The notes beneath the pieces were generated by a model. It saw only the letters and a list, made by a program, of their open reading frames with translations, did not search any database and had not been told where the DNA came from. Shown here piece by piece: positions 27,040 to 40,802 of a DNA stretch of 64,000 bases (the first letter of the stretch is position 1; the number at the start of each line of letters is the position of its first letter). Source of the stretch: Eledone cirrhosa (lineage: Eukaryota); the NCBI GenBank assembly GCA_964016885.1, contig OZ024742.1:308946001-309010000 (forward strand). The letters are read 5' to 3'. A program made the position numbers and the translations under genes.

Positions 27040-27555
27040 CCGCCACCAACACCACCAGCATAACCACCACCAACACCACCAACAACACCGCCACAATCAC
27101 CACCATAACCACCACCAACACCACCAACAACACCGCCACAACCACCACCATAGCCACCACCAACACTACCAACAACACCGCCACAACCACCACCATAGCC
27201 ACCACCAACACCACCAACAACACCGCCATAACCACCACCATAACCACCACCAACACCCCAACAACACCGCCACAACCACCACCATAGCCACCACCAACAC
27301 CACCAACAACACCGCCATAACCACCACCAACACCCCAACAACACCGCCACAACCACCACCATAGCCACCACCAACACCACCAACAACACCGCCACAACCA
27401 CCACCATAGCCACCACCAACACCACCAACAACACTGCCACAACCACCACCATAGCCACCACCAACACCACCAACAACACCGCCACAACCACCACTATAAC
27501 CACTACGACCACCACCACAACCACCACCAACACCACCACAACCAACACCAACACC
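27040..27555. repeat. CAC/CAA-rich minisatellite (~45-bp unit)
   Basis: Repeated caccgccacaaccaccaccatagccaccaccaacaccaccaacaa. Confidence 0.9.
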
Positions 27556-27639
27556 CATCTTTGATTAAACAGTTACTAAAATACATCCTCAGTGCAGGAC
27601 TCTACTGATTCTGCCAACTGACAACCGTCTTAATTAGAA

Positions 27640-27852
27640 TTTCTAATATAGCCATAAGGTCAGAAATTTGAAAGAAGATGAACAGTCGATGATATTGAAC
27701 CCAGAATTTAACTGGTATTTTATTTAAACCATCCCAGAAGGATGAAAGGTAAAGTTGACTTTGGCGCGATATGAACTCAGAAAGTAAAGATCCGAAATCA
27801 TATACCACAAGGTATTTTGTCCCAACTCTTTAATGATCCTGCCAATCCACCT
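27640..27852 (-). mobile_element. Old Deu/Nin-like SINE
   Basis: ctggtattttatt..ggatgaaaggtaaagttgac..gaactcaga..ctgccaatccacc. Confidence 0.75.
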
Positions 27853-28087
27853 CCATCACGACTACCACCACCGCCATCACCTCTGCCACCACCAGCATCA
27901 CCGCTACCACCACCACCATCACTACCACCAACATCACTATCATCACTACCATCACCACAACCCATAACATCACTATATTATATAGTGAGGCAGGTAATAA
28001 AGTGTACCCCAATGTATTTGAGCAAACAATTCTTGTGATGGTAAATCGAATAGTTTGTCAATTCAGCTATGACATAATATTTTAAAT

Positions 28088-28510
28088 TCTAATTTATATA
28101 TAAGACCAGCAAATTTGGTGTAAGGGCAAAGTTGATTAAATCAACCCTAGTACATGACTGGTACTTTATGAAATCTATCTCAAAAGGATAAAAGGCAAGT
28201 TGGCTTTGGCGTGATTTGAAGTTATAACGTAAAGAGCCGTAAACGAATACCGCAATGTATTTTTGTGTCAACCCTTTAACGATTCTGCCAATCCACCCAC
28301 TTACAGTATTGGTAGAGCGTCAGACATCATGCTTTGCAGCATAGAGTTATGGCCCTTTACGTTCTGAGTTCAAATCCCGCTGAGGTTAGCTTTGCCTTTC
28401 ATACTTACGGGGTTGATAAAATAAAACGCCAGTAATGTATTGGGATCGCTTTAATCGACTTTCTCTTCCACACAAATTGCTGTCCTTGTGCCTATAGCAG
28501 AAATCATTAT
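28088..28510. mobile_element. Head-to-head SINE pair: 28088-28298 (-) and 28304-28510 (+)
   Basis: Both match the Deu/Nin-like SINE consensus, in opposite orientations. Confidence 0.8.
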
Positions 28511-28893
28511 ATTCTGAGGCAGGTGGAGTAAAGTACCTTCCAATTTATTTGAAAAAATAAAACAAGTTTTGCGACAGTAAATCGAATACTTTATCAATTC
28601 AGCTATAACATAATATATTAGCAGCTGCAATATTTAGTGAGCAGCTAAGCCAGGCAAAGCGATATGATATGTGGAAGGACAGTGGTGTAAAACGAAATAG
28701 TGATGGCTGAGAAAGGCACACTGCTACAATTTCTGCTACATTAATGCTTCACAGACGACACAAGACGGTGACATCATGTGATTTATTTTTGGACTTCTGC
28801 ATGCAATTCAATGTGAAAATGTGAATAGATTGCGACCAAGTGACAAACACAAATAAATGCATGTATACATACGCATGCACACACACACACACA

Positions 28894-28986
<93 letters not shown>

Positions 28987-29097
28987 CGCTTTAATATTTA
29001 TTTATATTCATTCCCAAGCGTGAAACTAATAAAACTACGTATTACTGCATCTCCGTGCTTCTCTTGTTATTAATGAAATATTAATATAGACATATAT

Positions 29098-29144
<47 letters not shown>

Positions 29145-29146
<2 letters not shown>

Positions 29147-29297
29147 ACGAATTGGCAGTTGTTAGAACTTGGGATAGAATGCTTTGCAATATACGTTTCA
29201 GCTCTCGGCTCACTGAGTTCAAATCCCGCCGACGTCAATTTTGCTTTTAATCCATTCGAGGCCGATAAAAAAGTACTAGTCAAGTACTGAGATCGAT
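29145..29297 (+). mobile_element. Old Deu/Nin-like SINE fragment
   Basis: ttggcag..ctgagttcaaatcccgccga..ttttaatccattcgaggccgataaaaaagtac. Confidence 0.75.
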
Positions 29298-29495
29298 TCT
29301 TCCTCTATATCCCTTTCTCACTTCTATTCTTTTACTCACTGTCCTTCTATGGTCTCTGCCAGGTTTTAAAATACCCTAGAAACGCCTTATGTCAATACAC
29401 CGCCCCTACGACTCCATCAGGATTTACGAGGCCACGCATGCATATATATATATGTGTGTGTGCGCGCGCGTGTGTGTGTGTGTGTGTGTGTGCGT

Positions 29496-30553
<1,058 letters not shown>

Positions 30554-31582
30554 TATTGAAGTTTGCTTGAAGCATTGTGGAACAATAAGTAAATATCTTT
30601 AAGTCGTTTGGAAGCCTCGACAATGCAAATGGGTAAATCTCCGGGTAACAAGGTCCGGTGGTGGAGAGAGAGATGTAAGTGGGTGTACGTTGAGATGCGT
30701 GGTGTGTATAAGATGTGTGAGATGTGTAGAATGAAGGGAAGAGTATAAAGGATAAAAATAAAAATAACAACACAAGAGAGAGTTACCTTGGGAGAGATTT
30801 AATAGTCCCTATATATTTCGGATTCACATCCATCAACTGGGGTTTTTTCCGGGGTGGGGGAAAGGTTGTCTGTCGGACAAGTCCGGAACGCGTCTTTCGC
30901 TGTTTGTTGTTTTGAATATCTGAGGTATTCGGCAGAGCGCGCGTGCGCGTGAAATGGGGTCGGTCGTACAGAGGTCAGCGGCCGAATGAGGGAGTGGGAT
31001 GGCGCTAGCTGTCAGTCCATTCTCTGCCTGTTTGTTAAATGTTACTGTCTTTCCGGAAACACATAGACAAATGCGGAAACAAAGACGGAAGGCCCATTGT
31101 CACAATTTTAGCGACTGAAAGAAACGTCGGTACGTTACGTATCAAGGAAGCGCTTTTTATCAAACGACTGCAACCGCAAATAAACAACCGATCAGAGAGA
31201 AGCGAAATGAAATGGCTGGTTTAAGTTAACAAGCGATGCAACAACACACAACACACGCACACACACACAGTAGCATTCCACCATACGAACATACTACACT
31301 GCCAATACAGATGAACAAGACAACAACACACACACACACACTCAAGCGAGACAACAACACAAGCACACACACACACAGTAACATTTAACAAACAGGCAGA
31401 GAATGGACTGACAGCTAGCGCCATCCCACTCCCTCATTCGGCCGCTGACCTCTGTACGACCGACCCCATTTCACGCGCACGCGCGACCTGCCGAATACCT
31501 CAGATATTCAAAACAACAAACAGCGAAAGAAGCGTTCCGGACTTGTCCGACAGACAACCTTTTCCCACACCCCGGAAAAAAA

Positions 31583-31618
31583 CCCCAGTTGATGGATGTG
31601 AATCCGAAATATATAGGG
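31583..31618 (+). ncRNA. Minimal hammerhead-like motif with aberrant CAGUUGA core in the PLE pLTR (copies 34887-34922 +, 30807-30842 -)
   Basis: ccc-CAGTTGA-t-ggat gtga atcc-GAAA-tata-TA-ggg; palindromic stem III ATATAT; followed by a splice-donor-like AAG|GTAACT. Confidence 0.6.
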
Positions 31619-31848
31619 ACTATTAAATCTCTCCCAAGGTAACTCTCTCTTGTGTTGTTATTTTTATTTTATCCTTTATACTCTTCCCTTCATTCTACAC
31701 ATCTCACACATCTTATACACACCACGCATCTCAACGTACACCCACTTACATCTCTCTCTCCACCACCGGGCCTTGTTACCCGGAGATTTACCCATTTGCA
31801 TTGTCGAGGCTTCCAAACGACTTAAAGATATTTACTTATTGTTCCACA

Positions 31849-34472
31849 ATGCTTCAAGCAAACTTCAATACTCTCTTATCCATACACCTGAGCCAGGAAT
31901 TGTTTGCATCCGTAAGGGAACTGTTTAGACTGTCGGAGAAATGGGCCAACGCTGGCTGCCAAATTATTTTCCTGAAACGCTGCCTAAAAAACGATGTCAT
32001 CCCCAACACCATCAAGAACATCCGCTTACCAGTAAGCCTACGTACACCAGCCTTCCAAAACACCACTAACCGCATACATCGCACGTGTATTAAACAGATC
32101 CTGAGACATCTCAACCGCCAATTACACGTCTATAAGCGGACACTCTCAGAGCGGACACATCGACTGCCAATAGCACCCGGAGACTTGCTCCTAAAAATCA
32201 CTAAAGCAATCGACCAGTGCTACCACTCCAGAGTCCAATACGAGAAAAAACGGCTCAAGCGAAAATATGAGTGGATCTTGTCGAAACGCCACAACGAGAA
32301 CATCGACACTAACGAACAGACGGACCAGAACCACGTGGAAAACAACAACTTAACAACCACCACCGCCGCAACCACCAACACCGAGCCATACCTCAACGAT
32401 GCGACGCACCTGGTCACCGACCTAACCAGCACTCTCACGAGCGACGAGCTGAAACTCCTACACCTCGGACCTAAGTTCATCGTCACACAACGTCTTGACG
32501 ACAGACTCAAACTCAACATCGAGGCCAACTTTTGTCGAGCCGCCTACCAACTTAAATGGGTGACCGCTATCAACAGCGCCACAGATAATAACAGCGCCGA
32601 CACAACCCACCCCAAGTTCCCCACTTACCACCCCGACAACCCACTCCACCCCCCACCCACCAACCACGAACTCGACACTAAACTCATCAGGCTAAAACAC
32701 TCCATCTCGGATATACTTCACAAACACACACACACACGCACAACACATAACCTCACCAAATCTCAACTCACCACACTCTCCAACCTAAAATCGAAGAACT
32801 TCATCTATCTCCCCTCCGACAAGGGAAAAGAATTCTGCGTCATCAGCAGAGAGGCCTACAACACCCTGGCCCTCCAACACCTTGACGATGACAACCTCTA
32901 CTCCAAGGTCACGGGAATCACTCCCGCGCAGATAGAAGAACACATCAACTCCGCCTGGACCAACATCTGCGACCGGCGGAAGCTCCCGAAGAAGCTGAGA
33001 TACAACCTCCTCACGAGGAACAGCAGACTACCCGCCTTCTACTACCTCGTGAAAACACACAAACAGGGACCCGACCTGAAAATCAGGCCCATCGTATCGA
33101 GCGTGGAGGGACCACTCTACAAAATTTCATGGCTCCTAGCCAGAATACTCAAACCCATCTTAGACACCTTGCCGGGACACGTTAACAGCTCCGAGGAGGT
33201 GTTGAAGTGCCTGCATCAAATGGATCCCGACACCAGAAGGAATAACAGATATGCCTTCAGCCATGATGTAGTCGCCCTCTACACCTCGGTCCCGGCACTC
33301 CCGGCCGTCAATATACTAATGGAACGCGTCCAATCTACCGACCTACACTGCTTCGGGCTCACCACCACTGACATCCACCAACTCCTATCCATCGTCGTCG
33401 ACAACACCTACTTCGGATTCCTTGACCAAATATACCAACAAACCTCGGGATTGCCCATGGGATCAAGCCTATCAGGTGTGCTAGCGATCTCCTACATGGA
33501 CAACCTCGAACGCAAGGCACTCAACGCCTGCCACCCCAACGCCGTAGCCTTTTTCTCAAGATACGTGGACGATATCCTCATCCTCACATCTTCCCAAGAC
33601 ACGGCGAACAGAATCTATGAGACGTTCAACAACACGGACGAGAACATTGACTTCAGTGTTGAACACCCCAACGAAGACGGGTCACTTGCCCTCCTCGACT
33701 TCCGAATCAACATCACGGAACAAGGAGGGATCCACTGCAACTTCTACAGAAAGGCAGCCTGCAGGGACCTATTCGTTCACTACAAGTCCGCCCTCCCTAA
33801 CAGTGCCAAAAGAGGATACATCACGAACGAGATCGCGCGAATCAAAAGCAGATGCAGCGATCCCGCGAGTGGTGTCACTCATACCAAGCGATTCCTCGAG
33901 GTCCTGGAGACGAACGGGTACCCTACCTCGATCACAGACAGAATAGGAGACACCAGACGCAAGGGACAGAGAAGCACCCAAGGCAAGTGCTTCCTTAAAA
34001 TGCCACACCTGGGCGAGAAAACCACCAACGCTATCCGCAGGCTATACGGAGGGAGGGCCTCGACATCCACCTGGCCCACTCGGGCCCCTCCCTGCGAAGA
34101 TGCCACTCCAGGAAACCCAAAAAATCTACTGACGCATGCTCCCTCAGAGACTGCCCGATACGCCATGCTAACTGTTGCCTACGCACATACGTCGTGTATA
34201 AGATAGAATGTGACAGGTGCAACCAATACTACATAGGTAGCACAATTCGACCTTTGCACATCCGGATCAAAGAACACACTAAAACCAGGGCCTCGTCTTT
34301 CCGGAAACACATAGACAAATGCGGAAACAAAGTCGGAAGGCCCATTGTTACAATTCTAGCGACTGAAAGAAACGTCGGCACGTTACGTATCAAGGAAGCG
34401 CTTTTTATCAAACGACTGCAACCGCAAATAAACAACCGATCAGAGAGAAGCGAAATGAAATGGCTGGTTTAA
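31849..34472 (+). pseudogene. PLE reverse transcriptase + GIY-YIG endonuclease, one frameshift at about 34041
   Basis: PSDKG, KTHK..IRPIVS, SHDVVALYT, GLPMGS, RYVDD, LLD, FYRK. Adding one G at cagg|ctata joins the ORF to AIRREGLDI..CSLRDCP..CC..VVYKIECDRCNQYYIGSTIRPLHIRIKEH. Confidence 0.93.
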
Positions 34473-34603
34473 GTTAACAAGCGATGCAACAACACACAAC
34501 ACACACAGGCAAACGAGACATCTACATACACACACGCACACACACACAGTAGCATTCCACCATACGAACATACTACACTGCCAATACAGATGAACAAGGC
34601 AAC

Positions 34604-34648
<45 letters not shown>

Positions 34649-35157
34649 AAGTGAGACAACAACACACGCACACACACACACAGTAACATTTAACAAACAG
34701 GCAGAGAATGGACTGACAGCTAGCGCCATCCCACTCCCTCATTCGGCCGCTGACCTCTGTACGACCGACCCCATTTCACGCGCACGCGCGCTCTGCCGAA
34801 TACCTCAGATATTCAAAACAACAAACAGCGAAAGAAGCGTTCCGGACTTGTCCGACAGACAACCTTTCCCCCACCCCGGAAAAAAACCCCAGTTGATGGA
34901 TGTGAATCCGAAATATATAGGGACTATTAAATCTCTCCCAAGGTAACTCTCTCTTGTGTTGTTATTTTTATTTTTATCCTTTATACTCTTCCCTTCATTC
35001 TACACATCTCACACATCTTATACACACCACGCATCTCAACGTACACCCACTTACATCTCTCTCTCCACCACCGGACCTTGTTACCCGGAGATTTACCCAT
35101 TTGCATTGTCGAGGCTTCCAAACGACTTAAAGATATTTACTTATATATATCTATATA

Positions 35158-35563
35158 TACGGCTTCCTAAAACTGTATTTCTTTGGAGATACGAAATATT
35201 TATACATATTGTATAAAGCTATGCTTGAAGCAAAATCCAATTTCTTTTTATTATAAGTTGACCCAACTTATGCAGCTTCATATGCAAATGAGATTAATCA
35301 CCTCATTGACACAGACGAGAAAACTATATATTCTCGCCTGTCTTCTAGTCCAGCAGTTGCAAGCGGTGGGGCGGGGCGTCCTGACGAAGGCCAGCTAAGC
35401 CTGAAATGCATAGACGGTTGTCCCCCTTGCTTCTGCTGGACATCACCAGAGGGCGTTATCCCCCCCGGTGTTTGCATAGCTACGGCTTCCTAAAACCGTA
35501 TTTCTTTAGAGATACGAAATACTTATACATATTGTATAAAGCTATGCTTGAAGAAAAATCCTG

Positions 35564-35568
<5 letters not shown>
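35158..35568 (+). mobile_element. Retrozyme-like non-coding element: 323-bp monomer plus ~88-bp partial repeat
   Basis: tacggcttcctaaaac.. at 35158 and 35481; internal hammerhead; no meaningful ORF; TA flanks. Confidence 0.8.
35377..35416 (+). ncRNA. Canonical minimal type I hammerhead ribozyme
   Basis: Stem I cgtc/gacg; CTGACGA; stem II aggc/gcct; GAAA; palindromic stem III ATGCAT; cleavage predicted after A35412; stem I extends via gtccagcag/ctgctggac. Confidence 0.88.
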
Positions 35569-35619
<51 letters not shown>

Positions 35620-35631
35620 ATGTTTATATAT

Positions 35632-35731
35632 AGTAATAATAATAAATGTGAAGACTAAAATCCAAAGAGAACTCGATAAGGGTGAAAGCAGCGATTCTTT
35701 GCTTAAACTTTAATCTGTTACTCTAATAAAT
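35632..35731. mobile_element. Family D fold-back fragment in (TA)n (same junction at 53731-53830)
   Basis: agtaataat..ctcgataagg|gtgaaagcagcgattc..; the two halves occur in opposite relative orientation in 47831-48026. Confidence 0.7.
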
Positions 35732-35751
35732 ATTTATATATATATATATAT

Positions 35752-36072
35752 ATTGTTATACTTTGGGAGGGTCATGTTGCCAATAAGAAATACACGCACC
35801 TGCTGCTTTCACTTCAATTTATTATAAATTTTATAAATATAAATTTTATAAATTTCCGGTCGGTTGGTTGGTTCCACAACCGGATGAACAACCATCCGGT
35901 TGTGCAACCAACCAACCAACCAACCGGAAATTTATAAAATTTATAATAAATTGAAGTGAAAGCAGCAGGTGCGTGTATTTCTTATTGGCAACATGACCCT
36001 CCCAAAGTATAACAATATCGGTTTCAACACACGTTTTCAGATAAAGAATCTTGCTAAACAAATTCAGAAACG

Positions 36073-36076
<4 letters not shown>
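35752..36076 (+). mobile_element. Fold-back PLE-like terminus (short copy of the 55160 family)
   Basis: Inverted arms about 35752-35885 and 35892-36016, plus ~60-bp tail carrying [28 protein letters not shown]. Confidence 0.8.
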
Positions 36077-36106
<30 letters not shown>

Positions 36107-36108
<2 letters not shown>

Positions 36109-36486
36109 CTTTATTATTATTATACTCCTCTTGGTCGAGATAAAATTTTGTCGTTTTGACTGCTGCTATTTATAGTGGTAGTAGACTGACCTCCCAGCCT
36201 CTGCTTCTATCTTTACACACGGCACTGGACAGAATTGCTTCCACATCATTCATTCTCATCTCGGGAACAATTTTGAATAGCGCCAGTTCGTAATTTGAAC
36301 TCGGGAATGTTTATATTCTCCGAGTGAAAAGAACCTTCTGACGAGAGTTTATCTTTTCAATGGAAGGCCGCAATGACTGTCCATTTATTTTTGAGACTCG
36401 AAACCGATTCGGTAAAGGTAACCATAGTGAGTACAGTGAATCTTTTGAAATTTATTTTGAAACTTTTTCTTATTTGCTAAACCTTG

Positions 36487-36488
<2 letters not shown>
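36107..36488 (+). mobile_element. ~380-bp non-coding hammerhead-bearing insert between (TA)n tracts
   Basis: Sharp TA boundaries; contains a canonical hammerhead. Confidence 0.7.
36333..36419 (+). ncRNA. Canonical type I hammerhead ribozyme with extended stem II
   Basis: Stem I acctt/aaggt; CTGACGA; stem II gagttt/agactc with inner aatgga/tccatt; GAAA; stem III accga-t-tcggt; GUA site (after 36414). Confidence 0.88.
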
Positions 36489-36579
<91 letters not shown>

Positions 36580-36732
36580 TATATTATATATATATATATA
36601 GAGAGAGAGAGAGAAAGTGAGAGAGAGACACACACATATATATATATATATTTGTATATATATATATGTGTGTGTGTGTATATATAGAGAGAGAGAGAGA
36701 CGCATATACGTATATGCATATAAATATACATA

Positions 36733-36770
<38 letters not shown>

Positions 36771-37129
36771 GACAAATATATATACACATAAATATATATA
36801 AGTGTGTGTGTGGGGGGGGGGGGAGTATATGACATATTGCTCATTAATCATTGACAGTATTGTTAGACAGTTATCTTTAACTTTTTTTTGTTTACATATT
36901 ATTTACTTGTTTTAATCTATATTATTATTGTTTTGTTTTCAGACAATCACTGTCTTGAGAATAAAGTTTGATATGTTTGTTTGATGATAAGTCTAGTCGT
37001 AAGATTTATTTGATTCTCCTATAATTTTCACAACAATTTACCAAACAATCAGTATCTGCTCGATGATCGAAGCCAAAAATAAAATATCAGTTCATAACAA
37101 TTCGCAATCTTCTGGAGTATAGTAAGCAG

Positions 37130-37508
37130 GTATTTCACGTCGACCAGCGCGAATGGATCTCCATCAGTTTCGGCGATGATTGTTACAGTTGTTCGATCAG
37201 CAGAACAGCCTGCTCATCATGAAATTAATGTGTAAGCTGCTAAGCATTCCACAACTACGTGTACACTTAGTGTAATTCTCAGGAAGATTCGGCATAACAT
37301 AATGTGTGACAAGGCTGGGGCTGGCTCTTTGAAGTACAAATACAGTCAATCTGACGGGCTTCTAAACAGTTTCAGTCTACCCAATTTCCCTCACAAGGCA
37401 TGGATCTAAACGAGGCTATTGTTGAATGACACTTCCCTAAGATGCCACACAGTGGGATCAAACCTGGACCTAACGATTGCGAACGAACTCTTTAACCATT
37501 CGGCCATA
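37130..37508 (-). mobile_element. Old CORE-like tRNA SINE (composite with the 16575-family 3' part); homologue at 62625-62930 (+)
   Basis: gacacttccctaagatgccacacagtgggatcaaacc..ttaaccattcggcca is a reverse-complemented tRNA head plus CORE-like region. Confidence 0.7.
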
Positions 37509-37784
37509 TTGCTTTCTCGCATCTGCTCTACGTGACGATGAGATCACTAATCTATTAAAATCTACCTGATTCACAGCTGGTATTGATCTGCTACTAATAT
37601 TGATTTGATATTGATATTGATACAAAAAGCGCTGCGACAACCGTCAGAGTTACGCTGATGAATTGGACGTTCTAGAAAATTATTTGTTTTAATAACTTTC
37701 ATTGCATTCAATATTAGCAACCTTATCAACAGGCTCTTGACATCTTAGACGACACCTTTAAGCAACCATGTAAATATACTCGCT

Positions 37785-37840
<56 letters not shown>

Positions 37841-37845
37841 TGTTT

Positions 37846-37916
<71 letters not shown>

Positions 37917-37949
37917 TGTTTCATATATATATAAATATATATATATATA

Positions 37950-38297
37950 TAAACGGAAAAAATGAAACGAAATTTCATTTCTCACTCTTAGTACGGCTGT
38001 TACTTAAATATAAGTATGTATACGTACATACATATATGTATACAGGCGTACAGTAGAATGTATATATATATATATACATACATTCACACATATATATATG
38101 TACGTATGGATTCACCGAACATTTATTATAATGCTCGGTGTGTTTGTAAACAAACATCCCGAATTAAGCCGTACAGTGTCTAGCAACCATCGTTGCTCAT
38201 TTGTTCAACACTGACAAAGGAACGCTGTACTAGTTTCAAGCTTATTAGCTATCGTCAGCAACGTATACCTTCCTGCCAGATGGTTGAACGTCTGAAA
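37950..38297 (-). mobile_element. Family G retrozyme-like element, partial monomer
   Basis: Matches 59781-60125; hammerhead at 38223-38263. Confidence 0.8.
38223..38263 (-). ncRNA. Canonical minimal type I hammerhead ribozyme (family G)
   Basis: Reverse complement: cgttg-CTGACGA-t agct aata agct t-GAAA-ctag-TA-cagcg; palindromic stem III ACTAGT. Confidence 0.85.
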
Positions 38298-38644
38298 CTC
38301 GTGGTGGAGCCCGTAACTCCTGGTGGAGTGGTAGCGGTCCCGTAGTGACATATGGCGTTTCTTGGTTACCAAACAAAGTGAAGAGTACAGTTTTTATCAG
38401 AAAGATCTAGTGTTATAATCAGTTCGCAAGACAGTCACGCAATACTGAGGAGGTTTTACCAAAAGTGATGACACTATTTAATGGCGAGTGTCATTGTCAC
38501 ACTGGAGCAATATCTATTAGTAAAATTAAGTAAAATGCTTCCATTGAGACTGGATGCCCCGTCTCTAAGTCTGAACACAGCCAATTTCTTCCAGAGAAAG
38601 GGAGAGAGTGATAAAGAAGAAGTGAGAAAGAGATATAGATGAAG

Positions 38645-38772
38645 AATCGACTCCGTGAAAGGATGAAAGGCAAAGTTGACCTCGGTAGGATTTGAACTCA
38701 GGGCGCCGAAAGCTAGAGTCAATACCACAAATCATTCTATCTGACGTTCTAATGACTTTACCAATTCACCAC
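38645..38772 (-). mobile_element. Old Deu/Nin-like SINE fragment
   Basis: ggatgaaaggcaaagttgacctcggtaggatttgaactcag. Confidence 0.75.
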
Positions 38773-38789
38773 ATCACTCGTTTTATACA

Positions 38790-40535
38790 AGTTTTAATAT
38801 ACTGGCTGTATGCAATCTTTAATGTGTTGGCTGTATACAACTTTGTAATACACTGGCTATATACACACTTGTGATATACAATGTATACATCCATTTATTA
38901 TACACTGTTGTAATATAAGGGATGTATACGCAGTTGTAATATACTGGCTGTATATAACATTGTAATGTACACTTGCTGTATACACCCTCGTATTATATTG
39001 GCTATATACACCATTGTAATATATTGGCTATATACAACATTGTAATATACTGGCTATATACACCCTCGTAATATACTGGCTATATACACTCTTGTAATAT
39101 ACTGGCTATATACACCCTTGTAATATACTGGCTATATACACCCTTGTAATATACTGGCTATATACACCCTTGTAATATATTGGCTATATACACCGTTGTA
39201 ATATACTGGCTATATACACCCTTGTAATGTACTGGCTATATACAACATTGTAGAATACTGGCTATATACACCCTTGTAATATACTGGCTGTATATAACCC
39301 TGTAATATACTGGCTATATACACCCTTGTAATATACTGACTATATACACCCTTGTAATGTACTGGCTATATACACCCTTGTAATGTACTGGCTATATACA
39401 CCCTTGTAATATACTGGCTATATACACCCTTGTAATATATTGGCTACATACACCCTTGTAATATATTGGCTATATACACCCTTGTAATATACTGGCTATA
39501 TACACCCTTGTAATATACTGGCTATATACACCCTTGTAATATACTGGCTGTATACACCCTTGTATTATACTGGCTATATACACCCTTGTAATATATTGGC
39601 TACATACACCCTTGTAATATATTGGCTATATACACCCTTGTAATATACTGGCTATATACACCCTTGTAATATACTGGCTATATACACCGTTGTAATATAC
39701 TGGCTGTATACACCCTTGTATTATACTGGCTATATACACCCTTGTAATATACTGGCTATATACACCCATGTAATATACTGGCTATATACACCGTTGTAAT
39801 ATACTGGCTGTATACACCCTTGTATTATACTGGCTATATACACCCTTGTAATATATTGGCTACATACACCCTTGTAATATATTGGCTATATACACCCTTG
39901 TAATATACTGGCTGTATACACCCTTGTATTATACTGGCTATATACACCCTTGTAATATACTGGCTGTATACACCCTGTAATATACTGGCTGTATATAACC
40001 CTGTAATATACTGGCTATATACACCCTTGTAATATACTGGCTATATACACCCTTGTAATGTATTGGCTATATACACTCTTGTAATGTACTGGCTATATAC
40101 ACCCTTGTAATATACTGGCTATATACACCCTTGTAATATATTGGCTATATACACCCTTGTAATATACTGGCTGTATACACCCCTGTAATATACTGGCTAT
40201 ATACACCCTTGTAATATATTGACTATATACACCCTTGTAATATATTGACTATATACACCCTTGTAATGTACTGGCTGTATACACCCTTGTAATATACTGG
40301 CTGTATACACCCTTGTAATGTACTGGCTATATACACCCTTGTAATATATTGACTATATACACCCTTGTAATATATTGACTATATACACCCTTGTAATGTA
40401 CTGGCTATATACACCCTTGTAATATACTGGCTATATATACCCTTGTAATATACTGGCTATATACACCCTTGTAATATACTGGCTGTATACACCCTTGTAA
40501 TGTACTGGCTGTATACATTGTAAATGTATTGGCTG
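38790..40535. repeat. 26-bp minisatellite, roughly 60-65 units
   Basis: taatatactggctatatacacccttg with period 26 (39121, 39147); homogeneous centre and degenerate left edge. Confidence 0.97.
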
Positions 40536-40769
40536 CTCGTTATTCGTTGACAAACGATGAATGGCCAACAACATAAAGGAGAAACATTGAAACTTTACAT
40601 ATTATATATAAAGTTATAGACTTACAATGTAAATATGTCACTATCATGTAATGCAATTCTTTTAACTCAATGTTGTAAATGATGAAATTCTTAAAGAGTT
40701 TTGGCCTCGAAGCTATTACTTTAAAAGGTCAGACACGAATTTGCATCTAATCATAATAATTGACTTTTC

Positions 40770-40802
<33 letters not shown>

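Noticed and set aside
34030-34050. Programmed frameshift between RT and GIY-YIG
   Set aside because: No slippery heptamer; a single missing G in a short G run (mutation or sequencing error) explains it, and PLEs normally have one ORF.
35752-36076. TA-flanked palindromes as MITEs or miRNA hairpins
   Set aside because: Variable inversion points, asymmetric tails with an ORF start and, in the longer copy, hammerheads fit PLE fold-back insertions better.
37565-37671. Minus-strand exon bounded by ttttctag| and |gtaga
   Set aside because: Stops in all three frames.
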